From the NCBI GenBank assembly GCA_965112155.1, contig OZ218099.1: DNA of 64,000 bases; one strand, written 5' to 3'. Shown piece after piece: positions 1 through 13,527 of the stretch (positions within the stretch are counted from its first letter, which is position 1; each line of letters opens with the position of its first letter). Below the pieces are notes generated by a model. That model saw only the letters and a program-made list of their open reading frames with translations, had not been told where the DNA came from and made no database searches. The DNA is from Podarcis liolepis. Its lineage: Eukaryota. The translations under genes were made by a program, and so were the position numbers.

Positions 1-3000
1 CTTCAGTTGCTCTACTTTGAGTAGGACTAGTGTTAGATACAAGCCAACAAGGGCTCCCACTAGCATAACAGGGCTTCTTCCGCCTCTACTCCACCTGCAG
101 CGCCAAAATAAATGACTCTGGGGGATTAGGAGAATCCCCAGAACACAGTGAATGGTACCCATAGTTTAAGTCACCATTTGAAATTGAATACAGATTCTAA
201 TAAAATTTGCAGGTAATTTTTTGTTGAAACCAGCATGCATTACTCTGGTTAATTTAATATTCCTGTTTTGTGTTTCAAGTACAGTAAATTTTATTGTTCA
301 GAACCATCAACAACAGGAAAACCCTTTACCCATTGTTAGTAATTTTTAGAATTTATCAGTTATGCTCATGAAGTAAGTGGCTTTTGCAGTAGCTTCCAAA
401 AATGTCTGTCTTCTGGCCTAACAAAGCAAAAAAGCACACACAAAGAAACCCGCCTTGACAGGATAGCCTTTGCAAAATTATTGAATCTCTGGAGACAATT
501 CTAATATTAATAAATTTCAAGGGAATGAGAAATACTTTTATCACTTGGAAAGGCTAGAAGAACATTTATCCAGCACAATGTCTAGCAATAACGAGAGATT
601 TTTACAAGGTCGTTCATCTCTTCCTTCAGTAAATTGTTATATTCATAAATTACATTTTTAAACTTCTCTGTTGTCTTCCTGTTTTCCATTACATTTATCC
701 AAGGGTTTTCAAAGTTGCTGCTGTTTCTATGACCTGAGTACCAGTATATTCCTTTTCTGTCCTAAAATCCATTGGCATATACATAAGAAACAAAAACTTC
801 AAGATACTAGGTTTTTTAAATTTCAGAAATGAGTATAAGTTTTGTTTAGAAAGCTACATAAATTAGGTTGTTTCATTTCAACAGATAAATCATTTTGAAC
901 TACTAACTTCTTGGTATTAACGAGCAGAATACTGTAATCAGTTTACACTTGTTTAACGCTACATACAGTGCACTAGCTATTTCTTCTTTTGTCCACCATC
1001 TGTTAAAACTCCTGACAATTATACTTTGGTTTTAAGATGAGCAAATATTCTGCACATATCCTACTGCACATATCCTACAAATTTGTTTGAGGGTTGATCC
1101 ATCATTCTACTTCCTATGTGCCATAGTGAACCCAGGGAATGGGCAGCTGCATCACTGCAACAGAAGACCTTGCAGAGTACATAATGTGGGTGGTACTATT
1201 AATTAGTTTAGAAGACTGATTAAAATCAGTGGACATAACTAAAGTAAATAACTTAAATGAATACTACCCTGTTGATATTTGGGAATTCTAACTGTAAATC
1301 AAAATGAGAAATAATCTGTTCTTTCTTTGCATGAGATGCTTAGCTTCCATTTATAAATCTGAGTCTACCACCCCCATCCAGCTGTCCTCATCCATATCAG
1401 GGAATGTCTACAATGATATGGGCTTTCATAATTACATTTCCAGATGGTTTGGAAGTCATATATACAAAAGGTGTGACACATATGATGCCCAATATCTGGA
1501 CCTTGGAGCTGCTTGTATAGTTATTGATCCCAGACTGGGAGCCACTGAGCTGATGATTGATGCCAACAACTTTGTGACAAAGATGGTGGTGGTAGATTCA
1601 CTATCCCCATTCATTCCAAAGAGGTGACTGGTGCTATCAAAAGTGATACTGCTGACCACCTGTTGGACAATCAGGCATTGACAGATGTTGTTTTATGTAC
1701 ATAATATCTCTTGATTGGAGCCAAGGAGTATAGCACGGAGATGAATATGCAGCAATTAATCAACTACTTGTGCTCCATATGCTGATTTACCCCTTTCATT
1801 TGAGAAATGTTCAACCCTCCTTCCAACTGCAGATCTCGTATAAATAAAAATTCCATTGGGCCATTTCCTGTAGTCAAAATGAAAAGAAAATGCATTTGCG
1901 ATCTGCATTTGAGCATCAAACACTCTTCTAATTAAATTGTTCTTTTAGATCTTTTAGATATCCTATGGAGTGTGTTAAACCCTCTACAACAGATTAAATA
2001 AAAATGTTTTTTTAAGAATAAAATTAGCCTGATGGGAAAAAGAGACCCAATCAACTGGGGATTATTTCAAGTGCTACATGAGAAATGCACACTTATCATC
2101 TATGTAATTAGATTTTAATAAACACTTTTGATAGATACCTTTAAAGATATATTTTAATGGCAAAGTGGTGTCGGTGTCATGACTAACAGTGTGAAGAGAG
2201 GGGCTTTTTTAAAGTTGGATTTTTAATTACATTTTAATTATGATAAGCTTTTTCTAAACTAAGGTATTTTCCCAAATGATTATTAATGTTATAAATCAGT
2301 GTTCAGAAAGTGATGCATTACTACAATGCCTCAGCCAGTAAAATAAACATAGGAACTGCTTGTATTTTTTTGTTCTAAGCTAGATAAAAATAATATTAAA
2401 AATGTGCAAGCTTTGGCACACATGGGCTCCACTGAAAACAGCTTCTCCATGCGAACCAGGAAGTGACCTTTCCAGATAATGGAATGACTCTTCTTTTCGT
2501 ATCTCTGTGATCTCCTGGGTGACACCCTTAGGCAGCTGGATGTGCATGCATACTCCGTCTGTTTCCCTCTCTCCCACGTCCCCTCTGCACAGCACTGGGC
2601 ACTGGCAGCCCACGCTACACCACTGCTGGTTAGCAGCTTGTTTGCTGGAAGAAAACTATGAGAAAAATTGATTCCCCCTCATTCTAAAATAGCCTTTTAT
2701 GAATCAGTCACATTCATACCACTCATTTAAAGCTGCCTTAAGGCTGCCAACCTCACAGACTGACATATCCCAACACCCTTAACAAACTACAGTTCCCAGG
2801 ATTCTTTGATGGAAGCAATGGCTGTTAAAGTAGTATAAGAATACTTTAAATGTATGACACAGAGAAGTTCCATTGACACAGCTGCTTCTCATCAATATCA
2901 ATATTTGGTGAATGGTATTTGGACAGGGATGCTGATTGTTTATCTTTCTACTTAAGTGCACCCTATAGTCCACTTAAATATATGTCTAAAACGTAAATTT

Positions 3001-3019
3001 ACCATAGTAAATGAATATA

Positions 3020-3025
3020 TATCTA

Positions 3026-3072
<47 letters not shown>
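3020..3072. repeat. (CTAT)n microsatellite
   Basis: About 11 tandem CTAT/ATCT units read directly. Confidence 0.95.
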
Positions 3073-3073
<1 letters not shown>

Positions 3074-6000
3074 CCCTCCGGTAAATGATAGTATTTACAG
3101 TATGTTTTGCATTCATTGCATTCTTAGGGTCAGACTAGGTGTAAAATCTGTAAAGTTAGATCTATCTCAGTCTTTTTCTTTCATTAAAGCAACTACAGTG
3201 CCCTCAGATATGACCCATAGTTCTGGGGAAGGAGAGGTTACCTCCCAAAGTAACCTCTCTATTAGCAGTGGAGAAGGAAAAAAGATACCTCTATTGTACC
3301 TCCATTTCCATCTGCTGTGTATACTGTTGGCATGGGAGGAGTTTATGTCAGTAATGGTGCATGAGGAAAAAGTTAACCCCTGTGGCCAGTTTTCCAATAT
3401 GCAGTAGATTCTTTCAGCAACAGAAACAGTTTTAGATGATCAAATGATGTGTCTTCTATGTCATGCCTAATGTGGCCCTTATTGGCTGCCTAGGCTTTTA
3501 TCTGGTAGGATTAAAAACTCTGCTATATAAGAGTGTGCAAACAATACTGCACTGCCCATCAAGTAAGCAATTTTTCCCCCTGCGGTGTGGTATAATACTG
3601 CTTTGTGGAGAAACTGAATTAGTGGCCAACTTACTGTTCTGACTATGCACACATATTTCTTTTCAGCTAGGCAAGTTTGTATTAATAATGCTTCTTTGGG
3701 GAATAGTGACAAAGTGCCAGGATGTCTAGAGTAAATTTTCTATTGATCAGCAAGACCCAAATTCACTCCAATTCGATATTATTTATGTTGGTAATTACTA
3801 AATAGAGTAGGCAGAGCCTGGACTGGAACCAAGATTGACATTCAGGCTTAATACTATAATGAGGCTTTAATAAACCAGTAATAGGCAGCTTCACAAAATG
3901 AAATGAGCAGTGATCACAAACACATAAATCAGTTGTGCAGATCTTAAATACATAAATGGTATTGATTTTTAAAAAATACTTATTTTTTGGTCCAAATATA
4001 ATTATAGACCAAGATAGCATTGCTTGATATGGCAACAGACCTTCGCAAAAAATAAAAAATTAAAAATGCAAATATTGAAAAATGATACACTATGAACATT
4101 CTTGCATTTTTTTTAAAAAGAAGCTTGGAGGTACACAAGGAAGGCAGAAGGGGTTATTTATGATGTCAACTGTACTATGTCAGAACCCATCTGGTATCAT
4201 ACCACCAAGAGGTTGAGCTCCAGGGGTCATCAGTTTTATTTGTGGGGGAGACAGATGTGAGAAACCCTGTTAAAGATACATTCAGGTCCAGTTCCAGAGG
4301 CGCTAGTTGAAAGTCAAAGGGGGCAGAGTTACATAATGTAGTCTAATGCAGGTGCTCAGGTATCAGATTCCAAAAGGGGAAGGCGCAAAGGGCATTTTCT
4401 GTTGAAAAAAGTTGCTCCTCAGGGTGGAGATATGCAGGGCCAGGCCTTGAGATCCACTGATGGAGTTCTCAACTAAGTGACAGGAGTTGAAGTGTAGCAT
4501 AGTTGGCACTCTTGAGCTTAGTCTGGCTTTTGATTGGATTCTTGAGGTGCCTGGCTACGAGAAACCCTGGGCTGAGAACACCCCTAATGCCTTACAGCTT
4601 TCAGCAGTTAAACCTTGCCACAACAGCAGTGTCAATGAGAAAATGGGTAAGTAAAATCCATAGAATGGTATGCACTTCTGGAATGGGACTTTTCCTCCTC
4701 TCCTCCCCCTATATATGCTACACAGCCTTCCTAGGGGTTGGGGAAACATATTCCTAAAACCAGAGGTAGCCTAAATAATAGGTTACGCTCTGGACTAGGG
4801 TCACTGGAGAGAACCAGTCTAATTCCCCAGTATCCGCTGAATAAGTCTGCAGCACATTCTCTCTTCTCTGTCATATGCCTTATTCAATTTTCTTGAAGTA
4901 AGTATTGTTTGGGAGAAGTTTCAAAACATGAAAACCACTTAGTCAAAAGGTCTATTATTTTATTAGAATGCAGGTGGAGGAATAAAAGGGAAATAGTTTG
5001 TAAAACAAAAGATATTTTTTGACTCACCTACACATTTGAAATTCTAAGATCGCCCTAATCTCAGATACTCACAAAATAATTGTGAAGGGACAGTTTCCTG
5101 AAGTCGAAAGGAAGAGCTGAGAGCTGTCATAGGGCAGATAGGTGATGTTTTTGTGGTGCTCACAACAATGAAGAATGAACCATGTGTATCTTTCCGGGCA
5201 AAGCCTTGACACTTAGGGCTAGGCAGGAGCATCATAACGTTGAAAATGAGACTTTGGCAGCTGCCTAAAGATCAAAACAGGTGAGAGTTGAAGCTCAAAA
5301 TCTCTTCTTTTAAGACAGGCCACTAATATGATATTCAGTTAGCTGTGGACATATTGGATAATTGGTATGTGCTGAAGAAGTTAAGTGTGTGATGGTGCAG
5401 ATAGGATACTTGGAGGACAAAAACTGAATTCTAAAATTCTCCACAAGATCCATCTTAAAATCCACTCAAGTCCTCTCACGTGTTCAGTTTCCAAACTTTG
5501 CAGTTTTGGGTGGTCTTAGTTTCAGTAGTTGTCATAAACAAGGGTTCCAACCTGGACTGTGCATCAGATAGAGGTGTGATATTTTAATTTTAAACTATTT
5601 TAATTTATTTCTACATTTTATTGCTCGCATGAATATGTCTGCATATTAGAGCACTAATAGCATTTACTAGACCTATATTAATGTTTGCCCTAATCTAGCA
5701 AGGAAGATCCATGTTCAGTAGCAGCATCTTGCTCATGTAGCCGGTGCTGATGCATGTCTGAATGTGCACTGCATTTTTAAATTGATTTGTTTCTTTTAAA
5801 ACTTATATAAAACATTAAGCATCAGTACCTGAAGACTCTTCATTGGCAGGGTGTTCCACAGAGTGTTTTCCACTGCAGAAAAAAATCCCTAATCCTCAGG
5901 TCTGTCCTGCTGAGGCGCTGGAGCAGTACATCAGATGAAAACCAGAGCATTAAGGGGAAAATATATGAAAGAAGGTGGTCCTGCAATATAATGCTGCTCT

Positions 6001-8844
6001 CAATCCTATAAATGGCCGAGATACATATTTCATACACATGTAGACACATTTTGATACACAGACTGGTATTGTACAATTGCATTAGGTTGTGCATACACAT
6101 ACAGCTATATGAAAGCAGTTCCCTGCAACTAGAGAGGGTCAAGAGGGTTTCCTTCCCTTGTATGCTATCTGGGAGTTTTCCCGACTCTCCAAAGTGGATT
6201 TGGAGGAGGCACAAGAGGCATAGGGAGAGAGGAAGGGGCCCCGTGGTGCTAGTGTGGCTTACACTAGTGGAATGAGTTTGTTGATTCCAGGCCATTGTAT
6301 GTACAGGCACAAGTATGTAAACATTGAATAGATGGTATAACAGATTATAACACTTTTATTAGTATTTGTGTTTGATTTATTTTATACACACACACACACA
6401 CGCGCGGCCTAGTAGGAAAACTTCATTAATTAAAATTTTATAGAGGTCATGTGCTCATATCTGGATATCTTATTTGTGATACATTTGCAAAATATTAAAT
6501 GTGAAACTGTCAATTAAATTCACATATATAAACATACAAAACCTCTGAGAAATATCAAATGTGACAGGTAATATAGCATTAAACATTTTTTGAAAAACAA
6601 TTGGATGTCTGGATTCTGACAAATCAGTTGGGAGAGGGTTTCTTAGAAAAAACATAAGAAATTATGCTGACACAATTTACTTTTGCTGATGAGGCACTGG
6701 TAAAGCAATGATGCAAGGAGCCACCTTAGACTAGTGTAGAACAATCAACTTCATTGCCATTGCACTAGCATAATTGGTGACTAGTGTCTAATTGGTCTGA
6801 TCAGCTGTGATGGTAAATTATTTATTTTTATTAAGAGATAGAAGCAAGGGCCACTTTCGTGGTTGTCCTAACTTGCAAATTGCACTGTTCTTAGCTTCAC
6901 TCTGAAGGCTTGTGGTGTAAGCTTGTATACTGACTGTCTAATGGTAGTATCTACATATTTTAATGAGGAGGGGAATACAGAAAAGTGTATATATGCTGGC
7001 TCTTCATAAATCTACCTCATGCATTCTTCCTCTTGAAAACTGAATTGTTTCTTTTCATTAACATATGATAACTGGAATAGGTTTCGTATCACTATCCACC
7101 ATTCCCATTTGGCTTGACATTTGCAGAGTTCAGATGCAGCGCTAATAATCTTTCTGTGCTGCTCACTCTAATGATGTCCATACAGTAAATGAGATGTGAG
7201 TACTGCCACCCTAATGAAAAGTATATGTGGGGCCAGAGGGGGGGGGGAGAGGGAAGAGACCTGCTTAATTACAAAAAAACCCCAAAACTGTTGTGGGAAT
7301 GAGTTGTTAGAAACATAATTGTTCTGATTGATTACTGAGATGTTAGAGAACTTATTTATGTATTTGTTTCTCTGTACATCTGTCTCCTTCCTTTGCTGCC
7401 TGTGTCGCTGATTTGCTGAAGTCACTTGTGTAATACTTTATTCTCCAACTGAATCCATCTTTTTATTCACAATAGACAGAGGAGGGCAATGTTAAAGTTA
7501 TTTCAGAGTCTTATCTCACACAAATCCTGAACGTGTTGCAGATGCCTAAACTCACAAATAATTGCTGCAAGCAAAACATTGTTCCACCACATTATATCAT
7601 CCAAATGTCTAGATCTCACTTGATATTATTCAGTAATTCAACACATGATAGAGCAAGCAAAATAAGGTAAGCAAAAAAGTTTGTTTGTTTGCTTTCTAGA
7701 TAGGAGTCTTTTTGTCCTCATCTTTCCCCAGAAGATCTTTAATAATAAATGGTTTTAGAGGGGCTTGCAGGAAGAGAAAAAGGAGCAAATATTTTCCCTT
7801 CAGAGCTCAGGTTTAAGAAAAGAAAGTAAATAATTAAGAAGTGTGGTGGCTGGAAATGCTCATAACTCTTCCACCATTTAATCTTTGACTTGTAGGCAGA
7901 AGTACATAATTGCCCTCAGTAACCCACAGGAGTGCTGACCACTTGCAGAATCCCAGTCCAGCTAATGGGAAAAAGTCAGTCATCTGCCCTGTACCAAGAC
8001 AAAACTTAGGCTATTTTCACAGATGATGTTTAAATCAGTTTTTGTACTTCCTCACATAATATGGATGTGCATTGGATAGAATTCAGATTCAGTTTAATAC
8101 ACCTTGGAACTTAAAAAAAAGTGAGCTTAACAAGCAACTCTTAAGGTTTCATCTTTGTTGTTCATTCTTTTTCCTTTCTTTGAGTATTTTCTAGCAATCT
8201 TTGGATCTATGTTTTTATCTTATTTATTTACTCACTCTACATTATTTACTTTTAAGAATACAATAAAAAATACCACTTTAAGAAAGGGGTACATTTTGTA
8301 ATGCAGACACCATATGCACTGCCAGCCTGAAACTGCCTCTGGGTGGCAAGAGCTCCTTGCAGCAAGCCATTTTGTACATACTGGTTTGTCATATAGATCA
8401 GCCCTGACCTCTTAATTTGGCTGCATGCTATGAAAAGCCACGGGAAAGGATATTTGCCAGTGAAGAATAAAAGCCACAAGGTGTATGGAACAGTTTCGTG
8501 TGGACTCCTTTTGGTTGTTGTATTGTGAGAAGCAGTCCTCAGCGTGGCTCATGAAAGTGTCCTTTACTTAGAGATCAATCTTGGGCAGTTCTGTTCATGT
8601 CCTTTTAGTTTCAGGAACACAAACAAACATTCCAAATCTAGTAAAAAAAACAGGAAATGTGTCATTCTCTTATGTAACTCTGTACCACCACCACCCCAGT
8701 CAGGAACATGCGTGTTATGATTAGGGATGAGGGACAAATTCGATTTAGTTCTTATTGAAAGCTGAATCTACCAAATTCATACTTTCTGAAACAATATGAG
8801 AACCAAAATACAGCCACCCTTCAAAATTCCACGATTTCAGACAA

Positions 8845-8943
8845 GGAAACCGTTCTCAGCACTACCTGGAAATGCTGGTGACTGAACCTGAGACCTCATG
8901 CATAGAAAGCAGATGCTCAACCACTGAGTTACAGCCCTTCCCC
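8845..8943 (-). mobile_element. tRNA-derived SINE, 5' fragment
   Basis: Reverse complement reads GGGAAGGGCTGTAACTCAGTGGTTGAGCATCTGCTTTCTATGCATGAGGTCTCAGGTTCAGTCACCAGCATTTCCAGGTAG: A/B-box-like head, same family as 13289-13492 and 30590-30757. Confidence 0.7.
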
Positions 8944-9249
8944 AGTACCATCACATTCTGTCTTGAACATCACCTTGAAATTCAATAATTTCTTATGCTT
9001 CAGATAGACAAACACCTGAGCAAAGGAAAGACCTATGTTTCTTCTTAGCTTTTCATATTGTTAGGTGATTTGAGACACTTAGCTCTATTTCTCAATGCCA
9101 TCTCACTAAGGAGGCTATGCAGGCCTGGACCAGGACCTGGATACAGTGGTGAGCTAGATTAGAGTGAATAAAGTAAGTTTGAATTCCAGCAAGTGCTGTG
9201 GATGAGTGGTTCCTCTATCTGAAAAATGGACCTGTTTACTAGAGGCCCA

Positions 9250-9640
9250 GCTGACCCCTGTGGCTAGGAGCACCTTCCCAGAGTCTCATCAGATGTGGCA
9301 GTGGTAGCCATTCCTGGAGCTTGATATCTTGACCGCAGTAATTCAGACATTGGTAACTTCAAGACTGCATTACTGCAGAGCAATCTATGTGGGGCTTTCC
9401 TTGCAATTTGTCTGGAATCTGCAGTTACTACAGAATGTTGCAGTTTGGTTGCTGACCCAAATGAGATTCTGCTAGCATAGTACACATCTGCTCAAAGTTC
9501 TGCACTAGCTGCCAATTTGCCACTGGCCCACATCCAAGGTCTCCAAGTATATGCAGCCCTTAACAGCTTGGAACTTGTTTAGCTGAGGGATTGCCTTGCC
9601 CCCTACATGCCTACTGAACCACTTTGATCTGCGGAACTTA
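9250..9640 (+). mobile_element. Degenerate LINE (L2/CR1 group) 3' ORF2 remnant
   Basis: Decayed motif ..ATTACTGCA..CTATGTGGGGCT..CAGAATG similar to 36250-36830 and 48200-48705; family assignment from recall. Confidence 0.5.
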
Positions 9641-9679
9641 AACACTTGCAAGTACCATATGACATTTTCTCTGTATATG

Positions 9680-9864
9680 GTTTCCGAACAGCTTAGTTCT
9701 TGAACGTTTTGGCTCCCGAATGTAGCAAACCTGGAAGTCAGGTTCCGGTTTGCAAACTATTTTTGGAAGCTGAACGTCCAACGGGCCTTCCGTGGTTTCC
9801 AAACATTTTGGAAGTTGAACAGACTTCCAGAATGCATTCCATTGGACTTCCAAGGTACGGTTGT
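9680..9864. mobile_element. Partial Tc1/mariner (pogo/Tigger-like) MITE, one end retained
   Basis: Ends ...CTTCCAAGGTACGGTTG followed by TA; reverse complement has a degenerate AATCCGTTCCGGA-like scaffold (AATGCATTCTGGA) as in neighbouring MITEs. Confidence 0.55.
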
Positions 9865-9933
9865 ATCTGCAAGGACTTGGGCTTCCTGTGTGGCACCACC
9901 TGTGCTCTTCTAAAGAAGAAACAAATGTAAATA

Positions 9934-10158
9934 CAGTGGTACCTCGGGTTAAGTACTTAATTCATTCCGGAGGTCTGTTCTTAACCTGAGGCACCACTTT
10001 AGCTAATGGGGCCTCCTGCTGCTGCCGCGCCGCTGGAGCACGATTTCTGTTCTCATCCTGAAGCAAAGTTCTTAACCCGAGGTAATATTTCTGGGTTAGC
10101 GGAGTCTGTAACCTGAAGTGTATGTAACGTGAAGCGTTTGAAACCCGAGGTGCCACTG
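9934..10158 (+). mobile_element. Non-autonomous Tc1/mariner (pogo/Tigger-like) MITE, family A
   Basis: TIRs CAGTGGTACCTCGGGTT / AACCCGAGGTGCCACTG, TA on both sides; near-identical copy at 13528-13769. Confidence 0.9.
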
Positions 10159-10664
10159 TAGTAATTAATCAGCCTAGGAATTGCATCACTCAATTTGTCA
10201 AGTTCTATGTTAGGAGCTTGAAACATACACAATGGTGGGAGAGGTTTTCAATATCATCTGATATTTATCTGATAACTGGAAACATTCTGTTTGTGTCAGG
10301 CATTTTTGCATAGTGTTCACCGTGTGCGAACCTTTTCATTACGTTTGAACTGTGTGTTTCTTGTTTGTTTGCTACCAAGCATATGGCAGCTTCCCACCAT
10401 CCCAGTTGGGCATTGTAGCACCCACCTGCAAGTCCATAAAATGTCCTTGGAAAAGGCAGAGCCCTTTGCAACAGAAGATTGCCATGCCAAAGGAACTAAG
10501 AGCACTGCTGTGCCATATGACAGGATACTAATGTCAACATAAATTAATATCAGGAAGGCAGAAATAATTATAACAAAGATATAGTGCTAGAAAAGTTGTG
10601 CTTTACAGAATTTGAAATGAAACTGGTTAAGATACCATGACTCCATTTAGACAAAGAATGCAGA

Positions 10665-10790
10665 GCCAGAGCTCCTTCAACTGTTGTTGGACTCCCAGTT
10701 TTCATTGGCCCCAGCCAGCGTGGCCAGTGGTCAGGATGTTGGATTGGTAGTCAAATAAGATCCGGAGGGCCACAGGTTCCACATTTCTGA
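10665..10790. mobile_element. Old palindromic hAT-type MITE fragment
   Basis: Degenerate internal inverted repeat (TGTTGTTGGACT..CCCA / TGG..AGTC..AGATC) and GGAGGGCCACAGGTT end; family from recall. Confidence 0.5.
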
Positions 10791-11132
10791 TTCAGGCCTG
10801 TTCCCAAAAGCTTAAAGAGGGATGAGTCAGAAAGATCAGGGAATGGTGTTTACTGATGTGTTTACATTTTTACTTTTACTGTAGTATTGTCTTTTTAGGT
10901 TGTCTGCCACATATACATTTATGGTTTTGCTTTAAATGGCCTGGGTCTAAGGTAACTGAAGGCTTGCCTCTTTCTTTTTGCTATCTGCATTTCTAAATTC
11001 ATTGGGCGAAACACTGCCTTTCTGGTGTTAGGCATTTGGCTAAAAGAAAGAGGGCTTTCTCATTGCCGGTGTCTACTTTGAAGGACGTTCTGCCAAAGGA
11101 CACCTGCCAGGCACATTCACTTTTCAAAGACA

Positions 11133-11653
11133 CAGTGCTTTTTTTCTAGAAAAAAAGGTGCAGGAACTCATCACAAACAGACCTTTGTACAAGTAGTAGA
11201 GGTGACTTCCTCTGTGCAGAGGTTCCGTTTTGGGCCCCTGCGGGCATATGCAAAATTGCATATAATGGGCAGCACCCTGGAGAGTCCTAGTGGCTCAAAG
11301 AGGAGACCCACCCCAGAGCCCAAAGAGGGCGGCTTGCAGAGCTGATGTGCAGGGAGGCTTCTTCCCTGTGCCTCAGCTCTGACAGTCCATGGAACAGCCT
11401 TGCCTCTTTGGCTTGCGCACAAGCAGGAGAGACAGGGCAGCTTGCAGAGCTGATGCACTGGGCTTCTTACTGTGCATTAGCTGTTAGCCGGGAGACTGAA
11501 GAACCCTTCTGGGCCTCCAGCTCACAAGGAGACCTTCTCTGGAGCCCATGGAGGATGTCCCCTTCATGTTCTGGGGAGGGTCCTCCTTGGGGAGGGATGA
11601 GGTGAGAGGTGCTGGAACTGTGGTCCGGCACGTTCCAGCTCAAAAAAGCCCTG
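11133..11653. mobile_element. Non-autonomous hAT DNA transposon
   Basis: TIRs CAGTGCTTTTTT / AAAAAAGCCCTG; degenerate 8-bp TSD CAAAGACA / CGAAGACC; internal duplicated GCTTGCAGAGCTGATG. Confidence 0.75.
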
Positions 11654-12559
11654 CGAAGACCGATAAAGACTTTTCCTTCTTGTAGGAAACCAACAAGAAC
11701 CATGAATGATGGTAGACCCCCTTAATAGAATTCCTACCCTTACACAGGTTGTGAAGCCCAAAGTTCTATGTCTTTATCAAGTAATGATATGACTGTGGAA
11801 AAAAACAAAGAATAAATGCTTCCTATAGCGACCTTGCTTGCTTGTGTGAATTGTCATATTCAGAGTGTGCCATGCTACACATACATTCCTCCCCAAACAC
11901 TCTATAATATATATCTAAATAGTATTTAGGTTTTAATATTTAATAGGTTTATATTGATACTTCCTTCCATTAACCTAAAAGTGGATGAATTGAATAGTTT
12001 TTTCTGTTGAGACTAGGTATAGATTAATATGCTAGTCAACTATAAATGCAGAGAACAGGGCATTATGAGTAGGTTTATAATTTTGGGTGATTGCCAACAA
12101 TAGATTTTGCTTGCTATCCTTCAGTGGTTGTATTTATCAAGTGAATGCATTATCCTCACATTTGATTCCATATATTAGGTGTAGAGAACATCTTAGCTCC
12201 TACGCAAGTGGTATGCATGATATTCATGCACTGGTCATCTGCCAGACTGTTTTGTGCTACTCATCCTGTTATTAAACTGAAACTTGGGGGTGATTTAAGA
12301 GTGTGTGATTGTCTCTTGAAATAATTGTGCATATAAAGGGTACAGAAAATATTTGCTAAAGTGAAACTGCTTTTGAGAACGTTTAAGTTGCAACTGAATA
12401 CTAAGGGTGCAAATGGCAGCACATAGACCCACTACATAGAAGCCAGTATAGTCCACACTGCCAGTAGTATGGCCAAGCTATTCACTCTAAGCAGAGAACC
12501 TCCTCCAGAAACAATTAGAATGACCAAAATGTGTTTCAGAGATTTCAAGCTAAAGTCAT

Positions 12560-12775
12560 TCTTTTCAAAATAGTTTTTCACCCATGATTTCTGCATCTTG
12601 GCTTTAGTTCTGTTAAATAAACCATGACACAGTGTAACATATCATGTGTTATTGTTCACCTGAGGTTGTATTTACCTAATTTTAAGACCTGCTAAGAAAC
12701 AAATGATTGCTATTATGTCCTGATATGTAAAACCACAGAATTCAAAGAGGGTGCACTTTCTTTTTCCCATGACTG
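12560..12775 (+). mobile_element. Tc1-family transposon terminal fragment
   Basis: Ends GAGGGTGCACTTTCTTTTTCCCATGACTG followed by TA (reverse complement TA-CAGTCATGGGAAAAAGAAAGTGCACCC, a Tc1-type end); other end not seen. Confidence 0.65.
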
Positions 12776-13114
12776 TATTTGTTATTTTATAGAAACAATA
12801 TGATCTGTGTTGGTGTGTGTGAAATTGATATCTTCCAATGCGGCATACATTGTCTTGCCTTGAGAAATTTCACATTCACTTATATGCATATTATGGAATT
12901 TCAATTGCAGTATTGGTGGATTTTATTGCCTATGAAAATACTGAATTTTCAGGCTTTATCCTATTCCAGATTCATAACAGCTTAGTAGTGAATGGTGAAA
13001 TGTCTATGTTCTTCAAAAAAATATTCACGAAACTGCATGAATTGGACAGATACTCATCCTAAGGCTGTTTAGTATACCTCAAACTTTTATCTACCAAGAT
13101 TCCTAGAACCCAGG

Positions 13115-13255
13115 CAAGAGCTCAGCTGGTATAACACAAGACTCTTAATCTCAGGGCTATGGGTTTGAACCCCACGTTGGGGAAAAGATTCCTGCACTGC
13201 AGGGGGTTGGACTAGATGATCCTAATGGTCCCTTCCAACTCTACAATCATAGGAT
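13115..13255 (+). mobile_element. tRNA(Lys)-derived SINE with CR1-type 3' tail
   Basis: Head AGCTCAGCTGGT..GACTCTTAATCTCAGGG..GGGTTTGAACCCCACGTTGGG followed by GGGTTGGACTAGATGA..GGTCCCTTCCAACTCT (CR1 3' end); second copy 36854-37267. Confidence 0.85.
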
Positions 13256-13288
13256 ATTATTAAGTGTGTTCAACTACAAGACCATAAT

Positions 13289-13492
13289 GGAGATGGGTCA
13301 TAGCTTAGCGATAATGCATGCTTGGCGTGCAGTAGGTCGCATGTTCAATGCCTGACATATCCAGGTAGGGCTGGGAATAGGAAACCCCTCCCAAAAAACA
13401 CCTCCTGTCTTAAACACCGGAGAGTTGCTACCAACCTGAGCAGACAGTACTGAGCTAAACTAACCAATAGTCTCAACCTTGTGAAGGCATTT
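13289..13492 (+). mobile_element. Old tRNA-derived SINE
   Basis: Degenerate head CATAGCTTAG..GTTCAATGCCTGACAT then CCAGGTAGGGCTGGGAA..AGACAGTACTGAGCTA; several related copies in the window. Confidence 0.7.
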
Positions 13493-13527
13493 TACATACT
13501 CACCCTCATACTCCACTATACATATTA

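Noticed and set aside
582-761. Minus-strand open frame after an AG (DRKGIYWYSG...KISRYC*) as a terminal exon
   Set aside because: No recognisable homology and no phase-compatible upstream exon that I can support.
1304-1627. 107-aa plus-strand ORF and a nearby DHLLDN peptide faintly like Penelope GIY-YIG regions
   Set aside because: Too little similarity to assign to any family.
4178-4750. Possible further old LTRs (also about 28660-29350 and 47300-47530)
   Set aside because: GC-richer and LTR-like in texture, but no convincing paired termini or TSD could be defined.
13115-13185. tRNA-Lys-like sequence (also near 37195-37267)
   Set aside because: The stems are degenerate and each is fused to a CR1-type tail, so these are SINE heads and not tRNA genes.
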